Assembly (NCBI GenBank): GCA_016929905.1
Contig: JAFGHX010000175.1
Location: 15,358-79,357 of the forward strand
Origin: Kiritimatiellia bacterium
Lineage (GTDB): Bacteria; Verrucomicrobiota; Kiritimatiellia; JAFGHX01
Length of the DNA stretch: 64,000 nt
Direction: 5' to 3'
Part shown: positions 39,134-48,890 of the stretch, piece by piece
Layout: each line of letters starts with the position of its first letter
How positions within the stretch are numbered: the first letter of the stretch is position 1
Notes under the pieces: generated by a model
Seen by the model: only the letters and a program-made list of their open reading frames with translations
Told to the model about the DNA's origin: nothing
Database searches by the model: none
Program-made: the position numbers and the translations under genes

Positions 39134-41632
39134 ATGACATCTGCTCCCCGCCTGCGCGTGACGGGGCTGCCGCCCGGCAGCCACGTGGGCTTGTTCCTCG
39201 AAAGCGACCGCGAGGAAGCCGCCGTCCTGCTCCCCTTCCTGCGCGAAGCCCTGCGGCGTAACGGGAAGGTGCTCTATGTGACCGACATGCCCGGCCCGGC
39301 GCTGGAGGAACGTCTGCGGCAGGCAGGCGCGGACCCTAAGAGTATCCTCTCGGATGGCGAGGTGAAGATCGTGCCGGCCCGGAAAGTATTCACCCCGGGC
39401 AACGTGTTCGATCCGGATTCCGCGCTCCAGGCACTCCGCGAGGAAGCCCAGGCGGCGGCGCCGGCCGGGCTGCACGCGGTTCTGGACTATGCCTGGCTGG
39501 CCGACGCGCCTGCCGGCTCCGAACGGATCATGGAGTTTGACGCACGCTTGAACGGCCTCGCCGCGGCGCACCGGGCCGTGCTCCTCTGTCAGTTCGACCA
39601 GCGGCGAATACCGGCTAACCTCCTCATGTCGCTGCTCGGCACGCATCCGCTGATCGTCAAGAACGGCGAGCTGGTCCGGAGCTTCTTCTATGTTCAGCCG
39701 GAAGAACTGCGCCATGGGGATCGGGTCGATATCGCCCTGCAACGCTGCCTGAGCGCGCTGCTCGAACGAAAACATGCGGAAGAACGGCTCACGGCTCTCA
39801 TCGAGAGGAGCCCTGTTCCCACGCTGGCCGTCGACTCGGCCGGCAACGTGATCTCCTACAACGCGGCCTGTGCGGCGCTGACGGGGTACGCCAGGGAAGA
39901 AATCGCCAACGCCAGTGCCCTGCTCGAACACCTGTATCCGGACCCGGCCTATCGGGAACAGATAACCCGGCACATGGAACTGGCCATGTCCGGGCAGGGC
40001 CCCACGGAGCGGACGCACATCATCACGCGCGGGGACGGGACGCGCAAGACCATCGAGATCAAGCTCTCCTTCCACGACGACGGCCACGTCGCACAGCTGA
40101 TCGACGTCACCGAACGCGAAAAGGCCCAGGAACAGCTCAAGCAAGCCAAGGAATTCCTGGACAAAGCCGTGAACGCTATTCACGACCCCTTCTTCGTCAA
40201 GGACGAACAACACCGATGGGTCCTGCTCAACGACGCGGCCTGCCGAGGAATGGGGCGGCCCCGCGAAGAGCTGATCGGCAAGACCAATTACGACCTGTTC
40301 GACAAAGAATACGCCGACGCGCATTGGGCGGCCGACACGCGCGTGTTCGAGCACGGCGGGCTCGACATCAGCGAGCAACGGCGCCCGTGGCGGGACAGCG
40401 ATCGGATCGTGTCCGTGGCCAAGAACGTCTTCACGGATTCGGTGACCGGCAAGCGTTTCATCGCCGGGACCAGCAGGGACATCACGGAGATCAAACGCAC
40501 CGAAGAGGCGCTTCGCGAGAGCCAGGCCAACTACGACAGGCTGGCCGAACACGTGACCGACTTCATCTGGGCGGTGCGGGTGGACGCGTCCGCCGAACCC
40601 CGCTTCACATTCGTGACCCCCAGTATCGAAAAACTGCTCGGATACAAACCGGAAGATGCGGCCCAATTGCGAATGGCGGACATCCTGACCCCAAAATCGC
40701 TGCAGATCGTCCAAGATGATCTCCAGGCGGAAAGATCCCGCGGAGAACGCAGCCCCCGCGTCGCATCCCGCACATTTGAACTGGAGCTGGTCCGCAAAGA
40801 CGCCTCCGCGGTGTGGTGCGAATGCACCGTCTCCTTCGTCCATGGCCCGAACGGCGCCGTGACCGAGATCTTCGGCGTCACACGCGACAGATCCGAACGC
40901 AAACGCATGGAGAGCGAGTTGCGCAAGATGACGGGCGAGTTGGTGCAGGCCGGCAAGTTGGCGGCGATCGGCCAGCTCGCCGCCGGGCTGTGCCACGAAT
41001 TGAACCAGCCGTTGACCGCGATGCAAACCTACATCGAAAACGCCGCCGAACTGCTCAAGCGCGGCGAGCCGAACAGCGTTGCGTCCAATCTCGACCTCGT
41101 CTCCGGCCTGCTCCAGCGCGCCGCCGAGATCGTACGGCGGCTCAAGACGCTCTCACGCAAGACGCCGGAGCGCCGGGAACCGGTCTCCCTCAACGACGTC
41201 GTCCAGACCGTCTGTCTCTTCCTCCTGGGACGCGCGGAACGTGAAACGGCCGACATCCTCCTCGATCTCACGCAAGAGGATTTCGTCGTCTCGGGTGACG
41301 TCGTCCAGCTCGAGCAGGTGTGCATGAATCTGATCGGCAACGCGCTCGACGCCGTGCAGGGCATGCCGGAGCGCAAGGTCTATGTGTCCACTCGGGGCAC
41401 AAAGAAACGGGTGAGGCTTTCCGTCCGCGACACCGGGCCCGGGATTCCGAAGGACACACTGCCGAAGCTGTTCGAGCCGTTCTTCACCGTGAAGCCGGAC
41501 GGACTCGGGCTCGGCCTGCCCATCTCTCAGAAGATCGTGAAAGCGCACGGCGGCACCCTCAAAGCCGCCAATCACCCCGGCGGCGGCGCCGCCTTTACCG
41601 TGAGCCTGCCTCTGTGTGCGCCGGCGCCGTAG
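39134..41632 (+). CDS. Soluble sensor histidine kinase: MEDS + 3 PAS + HisKA + HATPase
   Basis: GSHV...LLCQFD MEDS-like; PAS/PAC ends DVTER, RDITE, RDRSE; HELNQPL, NALDA, DTGPG, FEPFFT, GLGLGL. Confidence 0.9.
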   Translation: MTSAPRLRVTGLPPGSHVGLFLESDREEAAVLLPFLREALRRNGKVLYVTDMPGPALEERLRQAGADPKSILSDGEVKIVPARKVFTPGNVFDPDSALQALREEAQAAAPAGLHAVLDYAWLADAPAGSERIMEFDARLNGLAAAHRAVLLCQFDQRRIPANLLMSLLGTHPLIVKNGELVRSFFYVQPEELRHGDRVDIALQRCLSALLERKHAEERLTALIERSPVPTLAVDSAGNVISYNAACAALTGYAREEIANASALLEHLYPDPAYREQITRHMELAMSGQGPTERTHIITRGDGTRKTIEIKLSFHDDGHVAQLIDVTEREKAQEQLKQAKEFLDKAVNAIHDPFFVKDEQHRWVLLNDAACRGMGRPREELIGKTNYDLFDKEYADAHWAADTRVFEHGGLDISEQRRPWRDSDRIVSVAKNVFTDSVTGKRFIAGTSRDITEIKRTEEALRESQANYDRLAEHVTDFIWAVRVDASAEPRFTFVTPSIEKLLGYKPEDAAQLRMADILTPKSLQIVQDDLQAERSRGERSPRVASRTFELELVRKDASAVWCECTVSFVHGPNGAVTEIFGVTRDRSERKRMESELRKMTGELVQAGKLAAIGQLAAGLCHELNQPLTAMQTYIENAAELLKRGEPNSVASNLDLVSGLLQRAAEIVRRLKTLSRKTPERREPVSLNDVVQTVCLFLLGRAERETADILLDLTQEDFVVSGDVVQLEQVCMNLIGNALDAVQGMPERKVYVSTRGTKKRVRLSVRDTGPGIPKDTLPKLFEPFFTVKPDGLGLGLPISQKIVKAHGGTLKAANHPGGGAAFTVSLPLCAPAP

Positions 41633-41651
41633 GCGCCGGCTCGCGCGGACG

Positions 41652-42473
41652 TCAGGCGCGGCCCCCGTACTGAACCTTTTCCAACCCCACCGGCTCCATG
41701 GCTCCGCCCGCCACCGCCCTGTTGCGCAGAACGCCAATGCCCTCAAACTCGATTTCCACCACATCGCCCGGGCTCATCGGCCCAACCCCGCATGCCGTGC
41801 CGGTCTGGATCAGATCGCCGGGCCGGAGGGTGTAGGTCGTCGAGATATCCGCCACCATCTCCGCTGCCGAGAACAACATCTCGGACGTGTTCGAATCCTG
41901 ACGCACCACGCCGTTGACGCGTGTCCGCCACGCCACGCTCGCCGGGTCCAGATCCGTCACCAGGCACGGGCCGACAGGGCAGAAGGTTTCGTAGGCGCGC
42001 ACCCCCTTGCCCTTGACCCCGGCCGGCGGTTGGCCCTTGGCCCAGGCATTATGCACGATCGTGTAACCGAGGATGCCGGCCGACGCTTCCTCTGCCGTCA
42101 CGTGCTCGCAAACGCGCCGCATGACGATCGCCAGCTCACCGCTGAAGTCCACCCGCGCCTCCTGCTCCGGCAACCGGATCAGATCGCCCGGACCGGCCAG
42201 CGCCCGAACATCGATGTAGAATTTGTCGCCCTCGCCCGGCTTGGTCGGAATGCGCAACCCGTTCTCCGTGCACCGCGAGGCGTAGTTGGCGCCAATCGAC
42301 ACGATCCGCTTCGGCTCACACGGCGGGAGCAGACGGATCGTCTCAAGCCCGCCAACGGCCCTCGCTTTCCCGATGTCCCCCGCGTAGACGTCCCCCTCAA
42401 TGGCGTACACCCAGTCGTCCTCCAGAATCCCGTATTCGGGTGTGCCGTTTGTCTGATAGCGCACCAGTTTCAT
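41652..42473 (-). CDS. Fumarylacetoacetate hydrolase family protein (atypical active site)
   Basis: SIGANYA, DFSGELAIV, LGYTI, TFCPVGP, TLRPGDLIQTGT. Confidence 0.87.
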   Translation of the reverse strand: MKLVRYQTNGTPEYGILEDDWVYAIEGDVYAGDIGKARAVGGLETIRLLPPCEPKRIVSIGANYASRCTENGLRIPTKPGEGDKFYIDVRALAGPGDLIRLPEQEARVDFSGELAIVMRRVCEHVTAEEASAGILGYTIVHNAWAKGQPPAGVKGKGVRAYETFCPVGPCLVTDLDPASVAWRTRVNGVVRQDSNTSEMLFSAAEMVADISTTYTLRPGDLIQTGTACGVGPMSPGDVVEIEFEGIGVLRNRAVAGGAMEPVGLEKVQYGGRA

Positions 42474-42548
42474 GGGGCTCCTCCCTATCCGGCGGTCGAA
42501 GCAGGCCGGGCGGTCTCGCTGGGCCATGCGCGGCCGGGGACGGCCGCG

Positions 42549-43238
42549 CTACCGCCGGCGAACCACGTGCGCGAATTTCGGATGCCGCTGATACACCTCC
42601 GCCCGATCCTTCCCCTCGCGCAGCTCCTGCCGGATCTCGACCTCGATCTCCTCGAGCCGTTCCGCGAGCGGGAGGACTTCTTCCACCCGGTCCTTGGGTA
42701 CGACAACCACGCCGTCCGCGTCGCCGAGCACGAAATCGCCGGGCGCCACCGCCACCTTCTCCTCGACCTGCCCGTCCAGCAGCACAGGGTCCAGGCTCAG
42801 CGCGGTGTCAAATCGGCCCGAACAAATCACCGGCGTTACAAAACGGCAGAATGTCGGAAACCCCATATCGATGCAGGGCTTCGCATCGCGGGTCCCGCCG
42901 TCGGTGACAAAGCCCCGCGCGCCTTTCATCTGCACCGTGAGCGCCGTGTTCTCGCCCCAAGGCCCCGACACGCAATGGCCATTGGTGGCCAGCACGACCA
43001 CGCAACCGGGTGTGACCTGCCGATACCACGGACCCGTGGGCGTTTGCGTCCTGATGTTGGAATCGCCCTTCTGCGTCAATGTGAACGCCGGCCCCGCCAC
43101 TGCCATGTCCGTCGCCAACGGCACGATCGCCGAACTGAGCGCCTGGTTGGAGTAGCCCATCTTGTCCAGGATGTCGTACACAACCGCCGAAGAGAGCCTC
43201 TCGTAGCGGCCGATGAGTTCCGCTCGTGCGATAGTCAT
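42549..43238 (-). CDS. RraA family / HMG-CHA aldolase-like protein
   Basis: VYDILD, AGPAFT, PWGEN, DGGTRD, PGDFVLGDADGVVVVP. Confidence 0.88.
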   Translation of the reverse strand: MTIARAELIGRYERLSSAVVYDILDKMGYSNQALSSAIVPLATDMAVAGPAFTLTQKGDSNIRTQTPTGPWYRQVTPGCVVVLATNGHCVSGPWGENTALTVQMKGARGFVTDGGTRDAKPCIDMGFPTFCRFVTPVICSGRFDTALSLDPVLLDGQVEEKVAVAPGDFVLGDADGVVVVPKDRVEEVLPLAERLEEIEVEIRQELREGKDRAEVYQRHPKFAHVVRRR

Positions 43239-43338
43239 GGTTCCCTCCTGACACCGGGCATGCGCGCATGCCGGCAGATAATCTCACGCGGCGAGTGGCG
43301 CAGGCAGGCCCCGCTGTGGCGGGGTAAGAATGCCTCCG

Positions 43339-44850
43339 CTACTCCCCACACAGCACCACGGCCCACGGCCGCGCGTCCGGCGCCGTCAGATCGACCGGGC
43401 CGCCGCCTGCAAGCGTTCCCGCCTCCTGCCAGCGGCCGTTCTCAATGTCCAGCCACCGCACGCGGAGATCGCCCGATGCCTCGGCCAGATCGAGCTTCAC
43501 GGAATGCCCGGCCACGCCCGTAAAGTACACGGCGTATTGCCGGCCCGGTTCCGCCAACACGTACGCTTCGTTCTCCTCACGCTCGCCCAAGAGATCATTG
43601 CGGGGTTCCGTGCAAAAGATGTCGAGCGCGTCCGCCAGCATCCGCATGCTCTTGATGTCCACCTGCGCGCGCGGCGTCAAGCCCAAGCCGCGCGGATCGG
43701 CAAACCATGTCACGCGGTGATGCCGTACGCTTGCCGCCCCTCCAAAAATGTTGCGCCAGAACCGCCGCGACGCCTCATCCGGCGTTTCCCTGATCTCCTT
43801 GTCGCCGTACGCCGTACCGGTCGGCCAATTCCATTTGTAGAGCTTCACATGGTTGATCGGACGCGGGCCATGCTGTAGGACCTTGGACCGGTACCAGATC
43901 AGGTTGTCGTAGTGCAACTGGCCCGCATTTCCGTTGTTCTGCGAAATGTCGCAGAAGGTGTACAACTCAGAACGCAGTATCGGGTAATGAACCTCCGGGT
44001 TGTTCCAGTTCCGGAACTCGGCAAAAATCGTCTCCGCGCCCCAGCTCGGCTCGTGAAAACGGCGGCTGTCGCAGACGTGAACCTGCTTTCCCCGCTTTGC
44101 CGCGGCGCGGTGCACGAAATCAGCCCAGAAGTCACTCACCTCAAACGGTAACGGGCTTTCATTATCGATCTGGTACAGAACATGATCGTACGACAGCGTC
44201 AGATCCAACATGCGACCGATGTAGCGCTCCTGATAATCGCGCAAGACCGGCTGGCCCCTCGCTTCCGTCACGGCCAGCCAAAACACGCTGGACCAACTCT
44301 CCTTCTCGCCCAATCCCGTCGACGCCCCCGTGTAGTTCGCATTGTTCGCCGGATTGTACGGATGATGCGGCCAGCCCGCGCACGTGATCGCGGCCACGTC
44401 CCACAGCTCCAGTTGCACGATGATCTCACGTGCAGACGTCTCATCCAGGAATACGCGCAGCCTTTCCCAGTATTCCTCATTCCAGCGCGCCAGGTCGTAC
44501 GTGCCGTCCGCTCGCTTCTCGAAGGCATAGACGCAGCCCTCGTCCGTGTAGCCGATCCGGTTCCCCTCCGCGTCGTAACAGTTCGTACGGGAACTCATCG
44601 TGTTGCGCACGTAGTTGCCCCCAACCGATGCCAACACGTCCAAATGCTCCCTCAGCCGCGGCCGAGCCCCCGCCCATTGAAACAGGTTGTCGTCGTTCGA
44701 GCCGCCCAGCAATAGAATCGGCTTCCCTTTGTACTGCCAATACATGGGATTGCGCTCGAACGGCCGAATCCCATCAGCCCCTCCCGAGGCGGTATCCGGA
44801 GCCGACCCGGCCTTTGCGCCTTTCTTCCGTTTCACTCTTGACGCCCCCAT
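43339..44850 (-). CDS. Putative clan GH-A-like glycoside hydrolase of unknown family with collagen-binding-like C-domain
   Basis: YWQYKGKPILLLGG, GGNYVRNTMS, YQIDNE, FWRNIFGG, LAEPGRQYAVYF. Confidence 0.6.
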   Translation of the reverse strand: MGASRVKRKKGAKAGSAPDTASGGADGIRPFERNPMYWQYKGKPILLLGGSNDDNLFQWAGARPRLREHLDVLASVGGNYVRNTMSSRTNCYDAEGNRIGYTDEGCVYAFEKRADGTYDLARWNEEYWERLRVFLDETSAREIIVQLELWDVAAITCAGWPHHPYNPANNANYTGASTGLGEKESWSSVFWLAVTEARGQPVLRDYQERYIGRMLDLTLSYDHVLYQIDNESPLPFEVSDFWADFVHRAAAKRGKQVHVCDSRRFHEPSWGAETIFAEFRNWNNPEVHYPILRSELYTFCDISQNNGNAGQLHYDNLIWYRSKVLQHGPRPINHVKLYKWNWPTGTAYGDKEIRETPDEASRRFWRNIFGGAASVRHHRVTWFADPRGLGLTPRAQVDIKSMRMLADALDIFCTEPRNDLLGEREENEAYVLAEPGRQYAVYFTGVAGHSVKLDLAEASGDLRVRWLDIENGRWQEAGTLAGGGPVDLTAPDARPWAVVLCGE

Positions 44851-44868
44851 GCCTGTTCGTTAACCTGA

Positions 44869-44924
44869 AATTGGTCCTACCAGTGGACCAGTTAACCAGT
44901 AGCGGGATCGCGGGGATTTGTCAA
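44869..44924. promoter_or_regulatory. FadR/LldR-type operator in divergent promoter region
   Basis: AATTGGTCCTACCAGT 44869-44884, then ACCAGT repeats at 8-bp period; minus-strand TTGACA at 44924-44919. Confidence 0.65.
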
Positions 44925-44962
44925 GAGGGTTCGATGAAATCGGCTTGAGCGGAGTCGAATGG

Positions 44963-45955
44963 ATGAAGATACGGCAACTCGTCTTTCCCGAAAAAGAGCG
45001 GCTCGAGATCGAAACCATCGAATGCGACGAAAGCCTGCAACCCGGCCAGGTCTGGATTCGGAATCGCGCATCGTTGATCAGCGCGGGCACGGAGCTGGCC
45101 ATGTTCCTCCAATTGCACAGGGGCTTCCACGTGCCGCAGGCCACATGGGCCGAGTATCCCTTCCATCCGGGGTACTCCGTCGTAGGCGAAGTGATGGCGA
45201 AAGGGACGGACGTTTCCGCGCTGAACATCGGGGATCTCGTGCATCACAGGGGCAAACATGCGACGCATGCCAAGGTCCATCAAGGCCAGTGCATCCGCGT
45301 CCCGGCGGGCTGCGCGCCCGAAACGGCCGCGTTCTACACCCTGCTCCATCACGCCATCACGGCCTTGCGCGTGGCTCCCGTGGTGTTCGGTCAGCACGTC
45401 GTCGTTCTCGGCATGGGCCTCATCGGAAACCTCGCGGCACAGACCTACAGACTGGCCGGCGCCGGGCTCGTTGCAGGCGCAGATCCCTCCGTCAAGCGGC
45501 TCGAGCTGGCCAAGACATGCGGCGCAATCGATCTGGCCTTCAACGTGAAAGACAAGCCGTTGTCCGGGTGGGTGGAGCAGGAGCTCGGTGAACACGGCGC
45601 GGAGATCATCGTCGACGCCGTCAGCACGCAGCAGGCGCTCGACGCCGCCATGAAAGCCGTCGCGGACAGAGGGCGCGTCGTCATCGTCGGGTGCCCGCGA
45701 GTGCCGATCGAGCTGGACCTCTATTTCGATCTCCACCGCAAAGGCGCGCAGCTCATCGGCGCAAACGCCGATGTCGTCGATCCCGAACAGCGACGGCGCG
45801 ACCGGCCCTTGCTCATGGGACTGCTGGCCGCCGGGAAGCTGCGGGTCGCGGAGTTGATCACACAGCGATGCGCGTTTGAAGACGCGCTGAGCGCCTATGA
45901 GGGCCTGCGCGACAGGCCGGACGAGTTCGTCGGAGTGGTGTTGGCGTATGCATGA
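44963..45955 (+). CDS. Zinc-binding alcohol dehydrogenase-like (MDR) protein
   Basis: SLISAGTE, PGYSVVG, VLGMGLIG Rossmann motif. Confidence 0.88.
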   Translation: MKIRQLVFPEKERLEIETIECDESLQPGQVWIRNRASLISAGTELAMFLQLHRGFHVPQATWAEYPFHPGYSVVGEVMAKGTDVSALNIGDLVHHRGKHATHAKVHQGQCIRVPAGCAPETAAFYTLLHHAITALRVAPVVFGQHVVVLGMGLIGNLAAQTYRLAGAGLVAGADPSVKRLELAKTCGAIDLAFNVKDKPLSGWVEQELGEHGAEIIVDAVSTQQALDAAMKAVADRGRVVIVGCPRVPIELDLYFDLHRKGAQLIGANADVVDPEQRRRDRPLLMGLLAAGKLRVAELITQRCAFEDALSAYEGLRDRPDEFVGVVLAYA

Positions 45956-45969
45956 AAGGAGGCGCCCCC

Positions 45970-47085
45970 GTGCACATCGGCTTCTCAGGAAGACTCGAAG
46001 ACCGGCCCGAGATCCGCGCCGGATTCATCGGGTGCGGCGGGCATTCGTTCCGCAACATCTATCCGACCTTTCAATTCACACCGGTCGACCTGGTCGCCAC
46101 CTGCGATCTGGACCTGGACAAGGCGAAGGCGTTCGCCGCACAGTTCGGGGCCGCACACGCCTACGCCGACTACCGCGAGATGATCGAGAAAGAGCAACTC
46201 GACGCCGTCTTCGTCGTCACGAACCTGGACAAGAACCTGCGGCCCTTCTATTCGAAATTCGCCATCGATTGCCTCAACGCCGGGCTGCACGTTTGGATGG
46301 AGAAGCCTGCCGCCGTGACCTGCGCGGAAGTCGAGGAGATGCAGGCGGCGGCCCGAGAGAACGGCAAGATCGGGATGGTCGGGCTGAAACGGATGTTCGT
46401 GCCCGCCGCCGAGAAGGCCAAGGCGCTCATGGACAGGCCGGAATTCGGGCCCTGCTCCCTTGTCACCCTGACCACCACGAAATACGTGCCCGAGCCCTCG
46501 GCCATCGCCGAATACGTCGCCGGCAAGCCGAACCGGGACAAGGCCGGCGAGCTCCTCGGCCATTTCTGGCACCCCATCTCCTCGCTGCTGTTCTTCCTCG
46601 GAATGCCCAAGACGCTCTCCTACGAACGCAGCCGTTCCGGCGGCGCGCTCGCCACTTTCACCTTCGAGTCCGGCGCCATCGCATCCGTCGTCTTTGCCTG
46701 GCAGGCCTCCAACAACGGGGGCATCGAACGCATCATGATCCATTCGGGCCAATCCCGGCGGCACATCATGATCGACAACAACATCCGGCTCACCTATCAC
46801 CGCGGGGGCGAGCCCGGCCGGTTCGGGGTCGAGCCCAGTTTCTTCGTCGAAGACCTCGATCACAGCATCGCCGTGTGGGAACCCGAATTCTCGCTCGGCA
46901 ACCTATACAACAAAGGGCTCTTCCTGATGGGGTTCTGGGGGGAAGTGCAAGAATTCGCCACGGCCATCCTGGAGAACCGTCAGCCGCGAAAGGCCGGCTT
47001 CGATCACGCCTGGCAATGCGCGCGTATCTTCGAGGCGTTCGCGGAAGGGACGGGGAAAGCGATTGCCCTGGACGTGAATGCCTGA
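45970..47085 (+). CDS. Gfo/Idh/MocA family oxidoreductase
   Basis: GFIGCGG, HVWMEKP, GHFWHP; GTG after AAGGAGG (alternative ATG 45952). Confidence 0.9.
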   Translation: MHIGFSGRLEDRPEIRAGFIGCGGHSFRNIYPTFQFTPVDLVATCDLDLDKAKAFAAQFGAAHAYADYREMIEKEQLDAVFVVTNLDKNLRPFYSKFAIDCLNAGLHVWMEKPAAVTCAEVEEMQAAARENGKIGMVGLKRMFVPAAEKAKALMDRPEFGPCSLVTLTTTKYVPEPSAIAEYVAGKPNRDKAGELLGHFWHPISSLLFFLGMPKTLSYERSRSGGALATFTFESGAIASVVFAWQASNNGGIERIMIHSGQSRRHIMIDNNIRLTYHRGGEPGRFGVEPSFFVEDLDHSIAVWEPEFSLGNLYNKGLFLMGFWGEVQEFATAILENRQPRKAGFDHAWQCARIFEAFAEGTGKAIALDVNA

Positions 47086-47111
47086 GATCGGGAGAGAGGG
47101 AGAGGAAAGAC

Positions 47112-47954
47112 ATGCAGTGGGAAGCAATGACATCGACAGAACTCGGCGACGCGGCAAGGAAGACCGACGTCTGCGTCGTTTCGATCGCATCCATGGAAAA
47201 ACACGGCGAACATCTTCCGTTGGGCAGCGATTATCTGTTCGGTCACACGTGCGCGTGCCTCGCCGCCGAAAAGGAGCCCGCCGTCGTCTTCCCGCCGTTC
47301 TGGCTCGGACAGGTGAACCCGGCGCGGGCCTACCCCGGCGCAATCGGGCTCCCGCCTCTCCTCCTGCTGGAGCTGATCCAGAGTCTCTTCGACGAGATAG
47401 GCCGCAACGGATTCGGCAAGATCATTGTCTTCCCCTCGCATGGCGGAAACGGCGCCATGCAGAACTTCCTGGTAGAAGCCAGTCTCTGGGAAGAAAAACC
47501 CTACTGCCTCTACCTCATGCGTGGATGGATTACTCCGGACAGACGGGAGGCCTGGAATCGAACGCTCGACACATCGGAGTTCGGGCACGCCTGCGAGGCG
47601 GAAACCAGTCACGTGTTGGCCGTCCATCCGGACCTCGTCAAGATGGACCGAATCCCCAGCCGGCCCGCATTCGCGCTCAAGCGGCTCCGCCACCTGCCGC
47701 AAAGCAACGTGGGGGTGAGTTTCGTGGCCGACTACCCCGATTTCTGGATCGGCGAACCCAAGGCGGCGACCGCCGAGAAAGGGGAGGCCATGATGCAGCT
47801 CATCGCGGACTCGCTTGCCGAATTCATCGCCGCGGTCAAAGCCGACCAAGTCGTCCCAGACCTGACCCGTGAGTTCTACGAAAAAGTGAAGCACCCGCTG
47901 GCCGCCCGGCAGCAAGAGGAGACAGCACAGCCTGTCCGGAGGTGGTCGAGTTGA
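47112..47954 (+). CDS. Creatininase family amidohydrolase
   Basis: SMEKHGEHLPLGSD, SHGGN, GHACEAETS, ATAEKG. Confidence 0.9.
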   Translation: MQWEAMTSTELGDAARKTDVCVVSIASMEKHGEHLPLGSDYLFGHTCACLAAEKEPAVVFPPFWLGQVNPARAYPGAIGLPPLLLLELIQSLFDEIGRNGFGKIIVFPSHGGNGAMQNFLVEASLWEEKPYCLYLMRGWITPDRREAWNRTLDTSEFGHACEAETSHVLAVHPDLVKMDRIPSRPAFALKRLRHLPQSNVGVSFVADYPDFWIGEPKAATAEKGEAMMQLIADSLAEFIAAVKADQVVPDLTREFYEKVKHPLAARQQEETAQPVRRWSS

Positions 47955-48709
47955 CAGAGAAAGCCGAAGACAGATTCCGGGCCGTGTCGCCACCGCCGCG
48001 GCTGACCCAGGAAATCGCCAACCAGATCGAGCAGCTCATCATCAACGACGAGTTGCACGTCGGCGATGCGCTGCCCGCGGAACGGGACCTGGCGGCGAAG
48101 CTCAACGTCAGCCGCAATGTGCTGCGCGAGGCCATCAGCATGCTGGCTCAGAAGGGGTTGCTGCAGATCCGGCGCGGCGCCGGCACGTTCGTTACCCGGC
48201 CCAGCAGCGAGTTCCTCCGCGATACCGTCGCCCTCTTCATCCGTTTCAACCGCTCGGCGCTTCTGGATTTGGTCGAGGCCCGCCGATGCATCGAGGTGGA
48301 AATCGCGGGGTTGGCCGCCGAGAAGGCCGACGCCGAGGCCGTGGCGCTACTGGGACAACACACGGCCGTCATGGCGAAGTCCCCGAGAAACGTCGCCAAG
48401 TACGTCGACGCCGATGTGGCGTTTCACGAGACACTGGCCCAAGCCGCAGGCAATCAGATTCTGAGCCTGCTGCTCAGCTCCATCCGCGGCGCGATGCGCG
48501 AGAACATGCGCATCCTGCTGCGAAAGGACCCCAGCGTCACCGAGACGTCCGTCAAGCACCACCGCCGCCTGGCCGACGCAGTCCGGACGGGCGACGTGCA
48601 GGCCGCGCGAACGATCATGCTCGAACACCTGGATGACGTCGTGAAACGACTGCGCGGGCTGGCAGAAGAAAGGTCCGCATCGCCGAAGCGCTTGCCTGAG
48701 GCCCGATGA
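47942..48709 (+). CDS. FadR/GntR family transcriptional regulator (FCD domain)
   Basis: LPAERDLAAKLNVSRNVLREA, GAGTFV, DVAFH..LAQAAGN; alternative TTG start 47951. Confidence 0.93.
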   Translation: MVELTEKAEDRFRAVSPPPRLTQEIANQIEQLIINDELHVGDALPAERDLAAKLNVSRNVLREAISMLAQKGLLQIRRGAGTFVTRPSSEFLRDTVALFIRFNRSALLDLVEARRCIEVEIAGLAAEKADAEAVALLGQHTAVMAKSPRNVAKYVDADVAFHETLAQAAGNQILSLLLSSIRGAMRENMRILLRKDPSVTETSVKHHRRLADAVRTGDVQAARTIMLEHLDDVVKRLRGLAEERSASPKRLPEAR

Positions 48710-48890
48710 CTTGCGCGCCCTTTTCGCGTCCTTTCGCGGGCAGATCTCCGTCGGCCTTCGAGTGCCTACGCGACGCCGGCACCCACTCTGCACTTTCCAT
48801 CACGCGCAGCGTGTCGTACAATATCCCTCCGGTCGGCCCAAGCTCCTCTCCGAGATCGCCGCTACCCCGTGACACGCATGCGGAGTCGCC

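Noticed and set aside
45897-47111. Apparent 685-aa creatininase fusion
   Set aside because: Upstream part is an Arg-rich shadow frame over the Gfo/Idh/MocA gene; true start 47112 has an RBS
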